From contig CM121341.1 of NCBI GenBank assembly GCA_051530055.1, forward strand, positions 2,012,734 through 2,076,733: a stretch of DNA of 64,000 bases, written 5' to 3'. Positions 39,830 through 54,664 of the stretch are shown piece after piece; the first letter of the stretch is position 1; every line of letters starts with the position of its first letter. Position numbers and translations under genes: made by a program. Below the pieces are notes generated by a model. The model was not told where the DNA came from. It made no database searches and saw only the letters and a program-made list of their open reading frames with translations. This stretch comes from Neoechinorhynchus agilis (taxonomy: Eukaryota; Animalia; Acanthocephala).

Positions 39830-42265
39830 GGGGTGGTGTGAATGATCTTATCATTTCGTGATCGACCTTGGCGTGATGGCAAGGCTTGCGTGTTCCAATG
39901 ATCCGGAAAGCTATGCGGTCGGGAAGGTATGTTCCTGGTAGGGCCACCGGTGGCGAAAAACGGTCATGCAATACCTCTCTCACCGCCGCCGGAGTTCTAT
40001 TCCTCTGTCGTGGATTCTGGGAACGCCCGAATTTCACTTAAATCTCTTCACGCCAAAGATTTCATCCATCCTATTACATCATCTTCTTTTAATTCACATC
40101 AATCAAAGTCTGGTGGCGAGGGGATGGCCAATCCCTGAAAGCATTTAGCCTAGACCTTGCACATCAGGGGTATCCGCAAGATGATCGCTTTTTTGATTAG
40201 TTGGTGTCAGCATCAAACTTCGGTAGCTACGGATATGTCGAGCAGGGTTTTTTAAGCCGCAGCACTGCTTTTTCCAAAAACTTGGGATAAAAAATATTAG
40301 TACCATCCGTCTCGAACAGGAAACCGCGCATTGTACAGTTCACCCACTATGCGGCCGTAAAAGCAAAATAACTAGTTTTTCTTAAACTTTATGGACTCTT
40401 GTTTGGAACATTAATCGACAGAGACAAATATGATCGCCGTGAACGGCGCAAAGCCTTGATTGAAAAGTAGTTCGCAGCGTATCAAAATCAATGTTGCGGC
40501 TCTTAAAGGACAACTTTCCAAATTAGGACAAAACCCTCATCCGTATCCATCTCCAGTTTGGGAGCAGCATCTAAATCATATCTGCATACGCTCCTGTGCT
40601 TATTTCTGATTAGGAAGACAAAACAACCTTCTATAAAAGACCCAGATCGGTAATCTCTTCGATACCGGAAACATACACGCTGCTAAATCCTAGTAGACTT
40701 CAATGCTCGCATAGGCAGCGATTAAAGTATATGGGCTGAAGTCATTAGAAAGGAGGGTATCGGGAATACCAATTCTAAAGGACACTTCCTTCTAGGCATC
40801 TATTCAGAGAGCAACACTCTCCTCCGGATTCATAACTGCCACAAAACAACCTGGATACAATCTAGATCGTCATAACCAGACAAGGGAACCGATCGGATGC
40901 CCTGGCCACAAAATAGTCCTGTATTCTCTCCGCCTAACCCTAAAGCCGATGCTACGGCGATATTTGAATCCTCGCAGTCAAATTCAACATCTCTGCCCTC
41001 AAGAAGGACACGATTCGTCGATCGTATACCTACGGCACAAAAATCATTCCATTGAAGACCTAATAACCTTTTGGAACAACATCAAGTCCACAATCACGAC
41101 TGCTGCTACAGATTTCCTGGGTTTCGTTGAGAAGAAACGCACATGATAGAGAGAAAATCGCTACCCAAATAAAACAAGGATGCGTTCTTGCCCGAACTTT
41201 TTTCTCGATCTAAATGGCGGCCGTCCTACTTAATGTCAAGATACGTCCTCAGCGTACAAATCCGGTACAGATTTGATCAAGACCTGTTCAATCTCGGACG
41301 TCTGAAGTTGATCTCGAAAAAATCCTTCATCAATGTAAGGGGAGTTTCAGTACGCTAATGACAATGGAGTTCTAGCAATATCCTTGGAAGATCTTCAAAG
41401 GAGCGTAAATGTGTTCGTTCACGCTCATAATCTGGCCGGGCAATCATTGAGTGTCGATAAAACTAAAGAACATGATTCAGTCAATTTCCTGAGACTCCCT
41501 TTAAGGCGCAAAGTGGAACGAGTCGGAAGATTATGCTATCTTGGCATCATCACCGCCGATAACAACGATCTTAGTCCAGATATCAAGAATAGGAGCCTCT
41601 CACGTTTCGTATGGTCGTCTATACAAACGTGTTTTCTATCAAAGGAATCTAAGTCTCGACAAAACTCCAGCTTTTGCCATACCAACTCTTTTATATGGCT
41701 GTGAAAGATGGACACTTCATAAAAAAATAACGATCTTGAACTTTGACATCGTTGGCGTGAAGTGACAAGGCATGATAAACAATTTAAAAATCCCCGAAAA
41801 AGCCTCGAAGGTCTGATCTTGAAGCACCAACGTCGCTTTCTTGGACACATCAGACGCCGCCCTAACATCGGTGGAGAAATCGAAAACTGCCACCATCCTA
41901 GATGTACCCCGAATAAGAGGTTGAAATGCCAACTCATAAAAGCCACCACTCTTGCAAACTTCAACACTGAAACATGGAGTACGATTGTTGACGATCTAAT
42001 AGAATGGAAAGACAGAACTCTCTCGAGTGTCAAGATCTCCGAGGAGAAGAGGTCCATGAGAATGAGAGAAAGGAAGGAAAGGAAACGGCTCAAGAGCCTA
42101 ACGCCGAAACCTCTACAGCCACTTCCATGTACACATTGCGATCGGATGTTCTGGAGCCACTTGGGCGATACTCATTTGAAACATCGCCATGGGAGTAATT
42201 GTTGATCAGTGGCTAATGTGGGTTATCACTACCTCGTCTGCGAGGATAGTCCGTCATCGTCATAT
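39830..42265 (+). mobile_element. Degenerate RTE-clade LINE with its 5' leader, APE, partial RT and C-terminal zinc finger
   Basis: APE remnants GTLIDRDKYDRRERRKALI, ISAYAPV...EDKTTFY and DFNARIG; linker FWNNIKSTITTAATDFLGF; RT REFQYANDNGVLA.SLEDLQ; RTE hallmarks IPTLLYGCERWTL and RRFLGHI; terminal CTHCDRMFWSHLG..HLKH; short tca-type tail. Confidence 0.9.
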
Positions 42266-42696
42266 TCATGACGCACTCTTTGGAAATTGGCTCCAATGCG
42301 CCATTTTCGATAAATTCACAGATTTTTAACATTTAAAAAGTGATTATACTTAAAAGAGTTGATATTGTCGCTAATTTAGTATCGAATCTTCTGCAGCCGT
42401 CTATTAAATGAAAACATCGCGACACTATTGGTCGTGAGCAATGGCGACGAATATAATGAAACTGAAGTTATCGATAACATTGCCAATATTTTGTGCTGTA
42501 TTGAATCTAAGGACAACAAAGAAGCTTTACGGTCTCGACTGCTACGCTATGACCAAACGCACAGACCTCGTCATCAACGATCCAGTCACCTTTTATTGGA
42601 CCATTCGGACTCTATTATTGCTGAAATTGAACGTCTACATAAATTCACGGAGTTGGAGAATGACAAATAAGCAAAATTTTAAATTAATTAACTAAA

Positions 42697-44626
42697 TTAG
42701 CTCTCGACAAATTGATGCATTGTTCCATTATAGCTATCGCCATTTCCATAACTATACTGATCCACTCCGAATCCTCCGAAATCTGCACCACCCAATACAT
42801 TCCCTCCAATCTCATGAACTTGATCGCCGGCTTCCACAACTGAGTAAGGCCCAGTTTCCGAAATGACAGCATCACCGCTTTCATAGTTCATATTCGCGTT
42901 CACCATCCCTAGAACGTTGTTCCCGTCAAATGAAATTGAATTTGCTGAATTTCCAGAATCAAACTGCTGTATAATTTCATTTATGGGCATGTAAGATGAT
43001 TGGTGCACTGCCGAAGCATTCTCATTTATTCCATTGAACGTAGATGCTTCATATCGAAGAGCAGAAGATTGCAATTGTCCTTTAATATCGTTGTCTGTGA
43101 TTACATTGAATTGATCATTGGATGATTGAATTCCGGCTCCATTGTCAAATAGTTCACCTTGAAGACCGATTTCGTCGTTGATACCTCCGCTAGCGTACTC
43201 GCTTCCGTATGAACCTTCGTCAACACTTTTCATGTAGTCATTGAGTACGTTTGAATGATTAGCCTTTGGTGGTGTCTAAATTAGAGCTCGGGTTTCGAAA
43301 TGCCGTTTTATTGGCAGAGAAGATGGGAATTTCTATATTTCTTAAAAAGGGTGCTACATTATAAATTTAATTATCATTTGACTTCTTCATAATTTGACTA
43401 AATTGACTAAAACTGTGCGATAAAGCTAACTTCGATCGATAAGTCTTCATTTCAGATTTAGACTGTTGAGTTATTATTGTAATGAAAATTCGGATTCATA
43501 CAGTTAAAATCGCTACACTTTAGATACTTACGATATCCTCAGTTACTCCGACCTGTCTAGCAGCATTCACTAGATTCATACTGTCCATTAAGCTTTGCTG
43601 GTACCTACTCACATACCAATTTGGATCCATATGTTGTACCGTTTCTTTGACAAATACTCGCTTTATGTGTGGTTTTGGTACTTGATAATTCACAATCATA
43701 TTCTTGGGTGTTTTATATTTGCTGGTCTGAGGAGCCTTTTGATAAATCACATTCCGTTTAGGTATTGGTCCGTAAGGGAGCCATCGTTCAATTATAATAT
43801 CTCTGGGTTTTGGTGGTAAAGGTGGATACCGTTCGATGATAACTTGTCGAGGTGGCGGTGGTAGAGCTGGAAGGTGTTTTTGAATCACTTTTGGTCCGGT
43901 AATTACGGGTAGTGGTGGAGGTTTCTCCCTTAAGATCAAAGGAGGAGGTGTTGGTGGACGTGGTGGACGTTGTCTTATAATTAGAGGTGGAGCTGGTGGA
44001 GCTTGAGGAGCTCGGATTTCTCGGACTATCAATGGACCTGGAGCAGGTGGTGGTGGCGGTTTTAGAAACTTGATATGGATATTTTGTCGGTATGTTGTAG
44101 GACTCGAATTGGCTGGTTTCCTGACGACAATCGGGTTCGAATCATATTGCAATTTGTAGGAACTTAATGGAAGCATGGCTTTGTTAGATATATCAACTTT
44201 AACACTCGCAGAACTTCCTTCATTTCTGGTATTCATCGTTTCATTTTGAGAATATAGTAAACTTCCATGGTTCATTGTTTCTTCATTAGATTCCTCATTA
44301 CTGCCGGTGCCTACATAGTTGTTTCCGTCCACAACAGTACTATTGGGTGATTGTCGATATCCATTGGAATTGTTGGTGAACGTTTCCAGATTACCGTTTC
44401 GGTATATCTTTGAGTAATGCCGATCGGTTGTTTCAATAGCCATGTCATCCAGATTACTTGTATCATCTATGACGGAATCCGTAATGGAGGCATAAGCTAT
44501 GTCGTCGTTCGACCCGATTGCTCCGGCTTGACCGTTAATTTCCATAGTTCTTTTGCTTTCGTCGAGATCATTGTGAAAATAGGCTGATTGGTCCGACATG
44601 GGTGTTAGTGTGGAATTTGCGGACAT
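42697..44626 (-). CDS. Proline-rich repeat protein, ~557 aa, 2 coding exons (44626-43532 and 43275-42697)
   Basis: Perfect donor (atc|gtaagt) and acceptor (aatttag|aca) give a phase-0 256-nt intron at 43276-43531. The central domain has alternating beta-like/Pro motifs: IKFLKPPPPPAPGPLIVREIRAPQAPPAPPLIIRQRPPRPPTPPPLILREKPP...VIIERYPPLPPKPRDIIIERWLPY. Confidence 0.85.
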
Positions 44627-44942
44627 GCTGAATGTAGCAAAATGATAGATTGGTTGTAGTATTCACGACAATGCTAATTTACCTAACGGTGTTAATAATC
44701 TCGTTTTAGTATGAATATAACAAACTCTTCTTCTTATATGTGTATTCAAAGTGCTGTAAAATATAAAATGTCATGGATTGCCCTTGCATGTAGTCTAACA
44801 ATTGTGAACTCAATTCTTTAGCGACCTTTGCCATTCATACACTTTGTTAGTCTCAAAAAAGGTAAACGAGACATTTGACCGAGCAAAGGTGGGGAGCAAA
44901 TTTTGAAAATGGGGTCACCATAGTGATAGATGTCGAAAAATA

Positions 44943-45375
44943 ATGGGTTTAGCACAATTGGCGATGATTAAGTTTGCTGGGATATTCGCTGCAAAATGCA
45001 TTGGATTTATTATACGAACTATTTATGCAACCATTAACATCTTATTTAAACTCGTGTATTGCATACTTTTCCGGATATGGGAGGCTTTCGGCTGGAAATG
45101 CAGAAATAGTGACAATGACGACCATCAAAGGTAATGAATGAGCTCTGTGGACAGTGATTTTTTTGAAAACATCAAAAAAATATCCGAAAAATTAATAGTG
45201 GAAACAAATTAGTTTTTGACAGATCTCGCAAAGTTTTCAACTCGATCTTTTTTGTTTCATAACATGTTTCATTTTTTCTAGGAATCATGCGACGTTCTTA
45301 AGAAAATCATACCTATTATACAAATCATTCTCAGTTATGTCATCGATGCATCTAAAAAATGATTTAAATTCCTAA
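44943..45375 (+). CDS. Possible small two-exon membrane protein, divergent from the proline-rich gene
   Basis: Hydrophobic ORF MGLAQLAMIKFAGIFAAKCIGFIIRTIYATINILFKLVYCILF. The donor caaag|gtaatg and acceptor ttttttctag|g are phase-compatible, giving ~95 aa. No homology recognised. Confidence 0.25.
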
Positions 45376-45909
45376 AAAATAAGTATGCTTGAATTAAAAT
45401 AAATCCTTAAATATAAATCCATATTTGATTGCTTTTATACCAATTGCAATGCTATCTCTAATTTTTAGAAAGCCATCACTGTGAAGAGATTGAATGAGAA
45501 GATGACTTAAATCTAGTCGGAATGCAATCGACGGATGTGAATCGACTGACTCGAACGTCTTTCGATATAGCAACCGACTTTGGGAAAAGCCTTGCTTCCG
45601 AATTGCCAATTATTTCTCTCGATGATTTGGAAAAGCAGTGTATCTTCCCACATTTAACGCCGAGCCCTCCGGAGAGGATTGTGATGTCGATGACATGGAG
45701 AAGAGGTTGATTTCTATGAATTCAACTGAAAGGGTTAAGGCGGCCTTCCTTAATTCGTATTTTAAAGTAAATGATATCACTAATTTAAGTTGGCATATCG
45801 CAAACCATGCCGTAAAAGGATAATTATGCATCGAGATTCCAATCATCCTCGGCCAGTGAAACAGGCCATTTATGCTGACATCCACAGGACTGCACCAAGT
45901 TGCTCATTG

Positions 45910-48900
45910 TCGTTTATTTAACACAATGTAGCTATCGAGGTGGCGATAATACCAAATTCGTTTATAAAGTGCTAAAATAAGCACTTTTGCTAAACGAACT
46001 TCTTGTGTAAAATATATCCGTGTTGTTCACTTTAATGACGGAACAACGAAGATCTTTTTCTTAAGTTAATATTCTACTCTAAGATACGAACGCAAAATAA
46101 ATTCCAATCTTCGTAGTTCTGCTCTTATGCGTCTTTTATTTGGCGAAAACGAGTTTATTTAAGACAATGTAGCCATCGAGATGACGATAAACCCAAATTC
46201 GTTTATAAAGTGCAAAAATAAACACTTTTGCTAAACGAACTTCTTTTGTAAAATATATCCTTGTTGTTCACTTTAATGACGCAACAACGAGATCTTTTTC
46301 TTAAGTTAATATTTAAATACTCTAAGATACGAACGCAAAATAAATTCCCATCTTCGTAGTTCTGCTCTTATGCGTCTTTTATTTGGCGAAAACGAGTTTA
46401 TTTAAGACAATGAAGCCATCGAGATGACGATACACTGAAATTCGTTTATAAAGTGCAAAAATAAGCACTTTTGCTAAACGAACTTCTTGTGTAAAATATA
46501 TCCGTGTTGTTCACTTTAATGACGGAACAACGAAGATCTTTTTCTTAAGTTAATATTCTACTCGAAGATACGAACGCAAAATAAATTCCCATCTTCGTTG
46601 TTCTGCTCTTAGTCGTCTTTTATTTGGTGAAAACGAGTTTATTTGAGACAATGTAGCCATCGAGATTGCGATACACCCAAATTCGTTTATAAAGTGCTAA
46701 AATAAGCACTTCTGCTAAACGAACTTCTTGTGTAAAATATATCCTTGCTGTTCACTTTGATGACGGAACAACGGAGATCTTTTTCTTAAGTTAATATTCT
46801 ACTCTAAGATACGAACGCAAAATAAATTCCCATCTTCGTTGTTCTGCTCTTATGCGTCTTTTATTTGGCGAAAACGAGTTTATTTAAGACAATGAAGCCA
46901 TCGAGATGACGATACACCCAAATTCGTTTATAAAGTGCTAAAATAAGCACTTTTGCTCAACGAACTTCTTGTGTAAAATATATCCGTGTTGTTTACTTTA
47001 ATGACGGAACAACGAAGATCTTTTTCTTAAGTTAATATTCTACTCTAAGATACGAACGCAAAATAAATTCCCATCTTCGTTGTTCTGCTCTTATGCGTCT
47101 TTTATTTGGCGAAAACGAGTTTATTTAAGACAATGTAGCCATCGAGATGGCGATACACTAAAATTCGTTTATAAAGTGCTAAAATAAGCACTTTTGCTAA
47201 ACGAACTTCTTGTGTAAAATATATCCGTGTTGTTCACTTTAATGACGGAACAACGAAGATCTTTTTCTTAAGTTAATATTCTACTCTAAGATACGAACGC
47301 AAAATAAATTCCCATCTTCGTGAATTTCTGCTCTTATGCGTCTTTTATTTGGCGAAAACGAGTTTATTTAAGACAATGTAGCCATCGAGATGGCGATACA
47401 CTAAAATTCGTTTATAAAGTGCAAAAATAAGCACTTTTGCTAAACGAACTTCTTTTTTTGTAAAATATATCCGTGTTGTTCACTTTAATGACGGAGCAAC
47501 GAAGATCTTTTTTCTTAAGTTAATATTATACTCTAAGATACTACGAACGCAAAATAAATTCCATCTTCGTTGTTCTGCTCTTATGCGTCTTTTATTTGGT
47601 GAAAACGAGTTTATTTAAGACAATGAAGCCATCGAGATGACGATGAACCCAAATTCGTTTATAAAGTGCTAAAATAAGCACTTTTGCTAAACGAACTTCT
47701 TGGGTAAAATATATCCTTGCTGTTCACTTTGATGACGGAACAACGGAGATCTTTTTCTTAAGTTAATATTCTACTCTAAGATACGAACGCAAAATAAATT
47801 CCCATCTTCGTTGTTCTGCTCTTATGCGTCTTTTATTTGGCGAAAACGAGTTTATTTAAGACAATGAAGCCATCGAGATGACGATAAACCCAAATTCGTT
47901 TATAAAGTGCTAAAATAAGCACTTTTGCTAAACGAACTTCTTGTGTAAAATATATCCGTGTTGTTCACTTTAATGACGGAACAACGAAGATCTTTTTCTT
48001 AAGTTAATATTCTACTCTAAGATACGAACGCAAAATAAATTCCCATCTTCGTTGTTCTGCTCTTATGCGTCTTTTATTTGGCGAAAACGAGTATATTTAA
48101 GACAATGTAGCCATCGAGATGGCGATACACTAAAATTCGTTTATAAAGTGCTAAAATAAGCACTTTTGCTAAACGAACTTCCTGTGTAAAATATATCCGT
48201 GTTGTTCACTTTAATGACGGAACAACGGAGATCTTTTTCTTAAGTTAATATTCTACTCTAAGATACGAACGCAAAATAAATTCCAATCTTCGTAGTTCTG
48301 CTCTTATGCGTCTTTTATTTGGCGAAAACGAGTTTGTTTAAGACAATGAAGCCATCGAGGATGACGATAAACCCAAATTCGTTTATAAAGTGCTAAAATA
48401 AGCACTTTTGCTAAACGAACTTCTTGTGTAAAATATATCCGTGTTGTTCACTTTAATGACGGAACAACGGAGATCTTTTTCTTAAGTTAATATTCTACTC
48501 TAAGATACGAACGCAAAATAAATTCCCATCTTCGTAGTTCTGCTCTTATGCGTCTTTTATTTGGCGAAAACGAGTTTATTTAAGACAATGTAGCCATCGA
48601 GATGACGATAAACCCAAATTCGTTTATAAAGTGCAAAAATGAACACTTTTGCTAAACGAACTTCTTGTGTAAAATATATCCGTGTTGTTCACTTTAATGA
48701 GGGAACAACGGAGATCTTTTTCTTAAGTTAATATTCTACTCTAAGATACGAACGCAAAATAAATTCCCATCTTCGTAGTTCTGCTCTTATGCGTCTTTTA
48801 TTTGGCGAAAACGAGTTTATTTAAGACAATGTAGCCATCGAGGTGGCGATAATCCCAAATTCGTTTATAAAGTGCTAAAATAAGCACTTTTGCTAAACGA

Positions 48901-51198
48901 ACTTCTTGTGTAAAATATATCCTTGCTGTTCACTTTAATGACGGAACAACGAAGATCTTTTTCTTAAGTTAATATTCTACTCTAAGATACGAACGCAAAA
49001 TAAATTCCCATCTTCGTAGTTCTGCTCTTATGCGTCTTTTATTTGGCGAAAACGAGTTTATTTAAGACAATGTAGCCATCGAGATGACGATGAACCCAAA
49101 TTCGTTTATAAAGTGCTAAAATAAGCACTTTTGCTAAACGAACTTCTTGTGTAAAATATATCCGTGTTGTTCACTTTAATGACGGAACAACGGAGATCTT
49201 TTTCTTAAGTTAATATTCTACTCTAAGATACGAACGCAAAATAAATTCCCATCTTCGTTGTTCTGCTCTTATGCGTCTTTTATTTGGCGAAAACGAGTTT
49301 ATTTAAGACAATGTAGCCATCGAGATGACGATAAACCCAAATTCGTTTATAAAGTGCTAAAATAAGCACTTTTGCTAAACGAACTTCTTGTGTAAAATAT
49401 ATCCGTGTTGTTCACTTTAATGACGGAACAACGGAGATCTTTTTCTTAAGTTAATATTCTACTCTAAGATACGAACGCAAAATAAATTCCAATCTTCGTT
49501 GTTCTGTCATAACCGTCTTTTATTTGGCGAAAACGAGTTTATTTAAGACAATGTAGCCATCGAGATGACGATAAACCCAAATTCGTTTATAAAGTGCAAA
49601 AATAAGCACTTTTGCTAAACGAACTTCTTGTGTAAAATATATCCGTGTTGTTCACTTTAATGACGGAACAACGAAGATCTTTTTCTTAAGTTAATATTCT
49701 ACTCTAAAAGATACCAACGCAAAATAAATTCCAATCTTCGTAGTTCTGCTCTTATGCGTCTTTTATTTGGCGAAAACGAGTTTATTTAAGACAATGAAGC
49801 CATCGAGATGACGATACACTAAAATTCGTTTATAAAGTGCTAAAATAAGCACTTTTGCTAAACGAACTTCTTCTTGTGTAATATATATCCGTGTTGTTCA
49901 CTTTAATGACGCAACAACGGAGATCTTTTTTTAAGTTAATATTCTACTCTAAGATACGAACGCAAAATAAATTCCAATCTTCGTTGTTCTGCTCTTACGC
50001 GTCTTTTATTTGGCGAAAACGAGTTTATTTAAGACAATGAAGCCATCGAGATGACGATACACTAAAATTCGTTTATAAAGTGCTAAAATAAGCACTTTTG
50101 CTAAACGAACTTCTTGTGTAAAATATATCCGTGTTGTTCACTTTAATGACGGAACAACGGAGATCTTTTTCTTAAGTTAATATTCTACTCTAAGATACGA
50201 AAGCAAAATAAATTCCCATCTTCGTTGTTCTGCTCTTATGCGTCTTTTATTTTGCGAAAACGAGTTTATTTAAGACAATGTAGCCATCGAGATGACGATG
50301 AACCCAAATTCGTTTATAAAGTGCTAAAATAAGCACTTTTGCTAAACGAACTTCTTGTGTAAAATATATCCGTGTTGCTCACTTTAATGACGGAACAACG
50401 AAGATCTTTTTCTTAAGTTAATATTCTACTCTAAGATACGAACGCAAAATAAATTCCCATCTTCGTTGTTCTGCTCTTACGCGTCTTTTATTTGGCGAAA
50501 ACGAGTTTATTTGAGACAATGTAGCCATCGAGATGGCGATACAAATTCGTTTTATAAAGTGCAAAAATGAACACTTTTGCTAAACGAACTTCTTGTGTAA
50601 AATATATCCGTGTTGTTCACTTTAATGACGGAACAACGAAGATCTTTTTTCTTAAGTTAATATTCTACTCTAAGATACGAACGCAAAATAAATTCCATCT
50701 TCGTTGATCTGCTCTTATGCGTCTTTTATTTGGCGAAAACGAGTTTATTTAAGACAATGTAGCCATCGAGATGGCGATACACCCAAATTCGTTTATAAAG
50801 TGCAAAAATGAACACTTTTGCTAAACGAACTTCTTGTGTAAAATATATCCTTGCTGTTCACTTTAATGACGGAACAACGAAGATCTTTTTCTTAAGTTAA
50901 TATTCTACTCTAAGATACGAACGCAAAATAAATTCCCATCTTCGTTGTTCTGCTCTTATGCGTGTTTTATTTGGCGAAAACGAGTTTATTTAAGACAATG
51001 TAGCCATCGAGATGGCGATACACCCAAATTCGTTTATAAAGTGCAAAAATAAGCACTTTTGCTAAACGAACTTCTTGTGTAAAATATATCCGTGTTGTTC
51101 ACTTCAATGACGGAACAACGAAGATCTTTTTCTTAAGTTAATATTCTACTCTAAGATACGAACGTAAAATAAATTCCCATCTTCGTTATTCTGCTCTT
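45910..51198. repeat. Tandem satellite, 241-bp monomer, array A, ~22 copies
   Basis: The (a/g)agacaatg landmark occurs at 46404, 46645, 46886 and 47127 (period 241). Confidence 0.98.
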
Positions 51199-51202
51199 TT
51201 GC

Positions 51203-51436
51203 TCGTCGACAAACTCATAGAATGCCGTCTTCGCTGGTATCTCAAACGTGGATGCACTGGCGAGGACTTGTCTGGAAATCGATGTGAACGACAAACGAGC
51301 CCGAGGTCGACCAAGACAATGCTGGCTCGATACCATTCGTAGCGATCCTCGAACAACTAAGCTTATTCAGGACGAAGCCAGTGATCGAATAAAATGGCAG
51401 ACGCCACTATCAAAAGTAGATGACCGTGCATCCAAA
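51203..51436 (+). mobile_element. 5'-truncated RTE-clade 3' end fused to the right edge of the 241-bp array
   Basis: DKLIECRLRWY then ARTCLEIDVNDKRARGRPRQCWLDTIRSD...ASDRIKW...RDKG* followed by gaagaag, typical of RTE C-termini and tails. Confidence 0.85.
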
Positions 51437-52137
51437 CGGGACAAGGGCTGAAGAAGTCTAACAGAAATACTCTGCCCGTGAAGTGATATAATAGCAAATG
51501 CTTTTCATATTCTTATCTCGATCCTTGCAATCGTATCTGTTTTACAGCCCGAAAACTTTACCAGCACTTTCTTCGGTCTTTTTTAATTATAATTCGATCT
51601 TATCGTAGACGTCGCTAGAGGCTTGACCGATTATTTAGAATGCATCTATTTATACAGGAGAGTGATGTTAATTTACATTTAGTACCTTTCATTATTTTAA
51701 AGCGTCTCTCACACGATTCATTTGAAGTGGTCCTGGTTGTTTTGCTTGCTGTAATTCTATACAATTTTGAATTATTTATATTTTGTCGTCTTAATTTGCG
51801 GTGAAGAGATTGAATAATATTTAGACACCTACACGTGGAATGTTTGAGTTATAATATGAAGATAATTAAAGGTGAAGTAAAAACTAACACTTTTGTAACG
51901 ATCTTTTGCCCGCTCTCTGACATTTCCCCACAATTATTGCATTTATTGACATAAATTTTAAGGTTTCACGAATCTGTGCGTTCTTCATTGTCAATTGATA
52001 AAGAAATTAGATATAATCAACTTCGACTTGGTTTTAAATTTTTTAAGACAGTTCGATTATTGGCACTGATGTGTTTTGAAAAATGTCAAGAAAAGTGCAA
52101 AACAACAACTATAAATAACATATCATAATACACGCTC

Positions 52138-54390
<2,253 letters not shown>

Positions 54391-54664
54391 TAATGTAGGA
54401 ATTATCAGACGTGATAAATCGGCAATAAATTATTCAATTGAAAGCCTACGGGTGTTATAAGTACCAAAATGACGTATCTTTTAATTCGAAGACAATAACC
54501 CAACGCCAAAGAATGTTTATAAACGTTTTGATTGCCAAATTCATCATCAATAGATCTCATAACACGATACGACAACATTTGCAACACGACTTGAAACCGC
54601 AATAACGGACATAAATGCGGTTGCAAATCGCTCTCAAATGTAGAATTTTCCTTAATAAATCGTT

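Noticed and set aside
42428-42695. Two overlapping ~80-aa plus-strand ORFs converging on the Pro-rich gene
   Set aside because: No recognisable domain, start context or splice support; the faint DDE-like LLLD-H similarity is insufficient.
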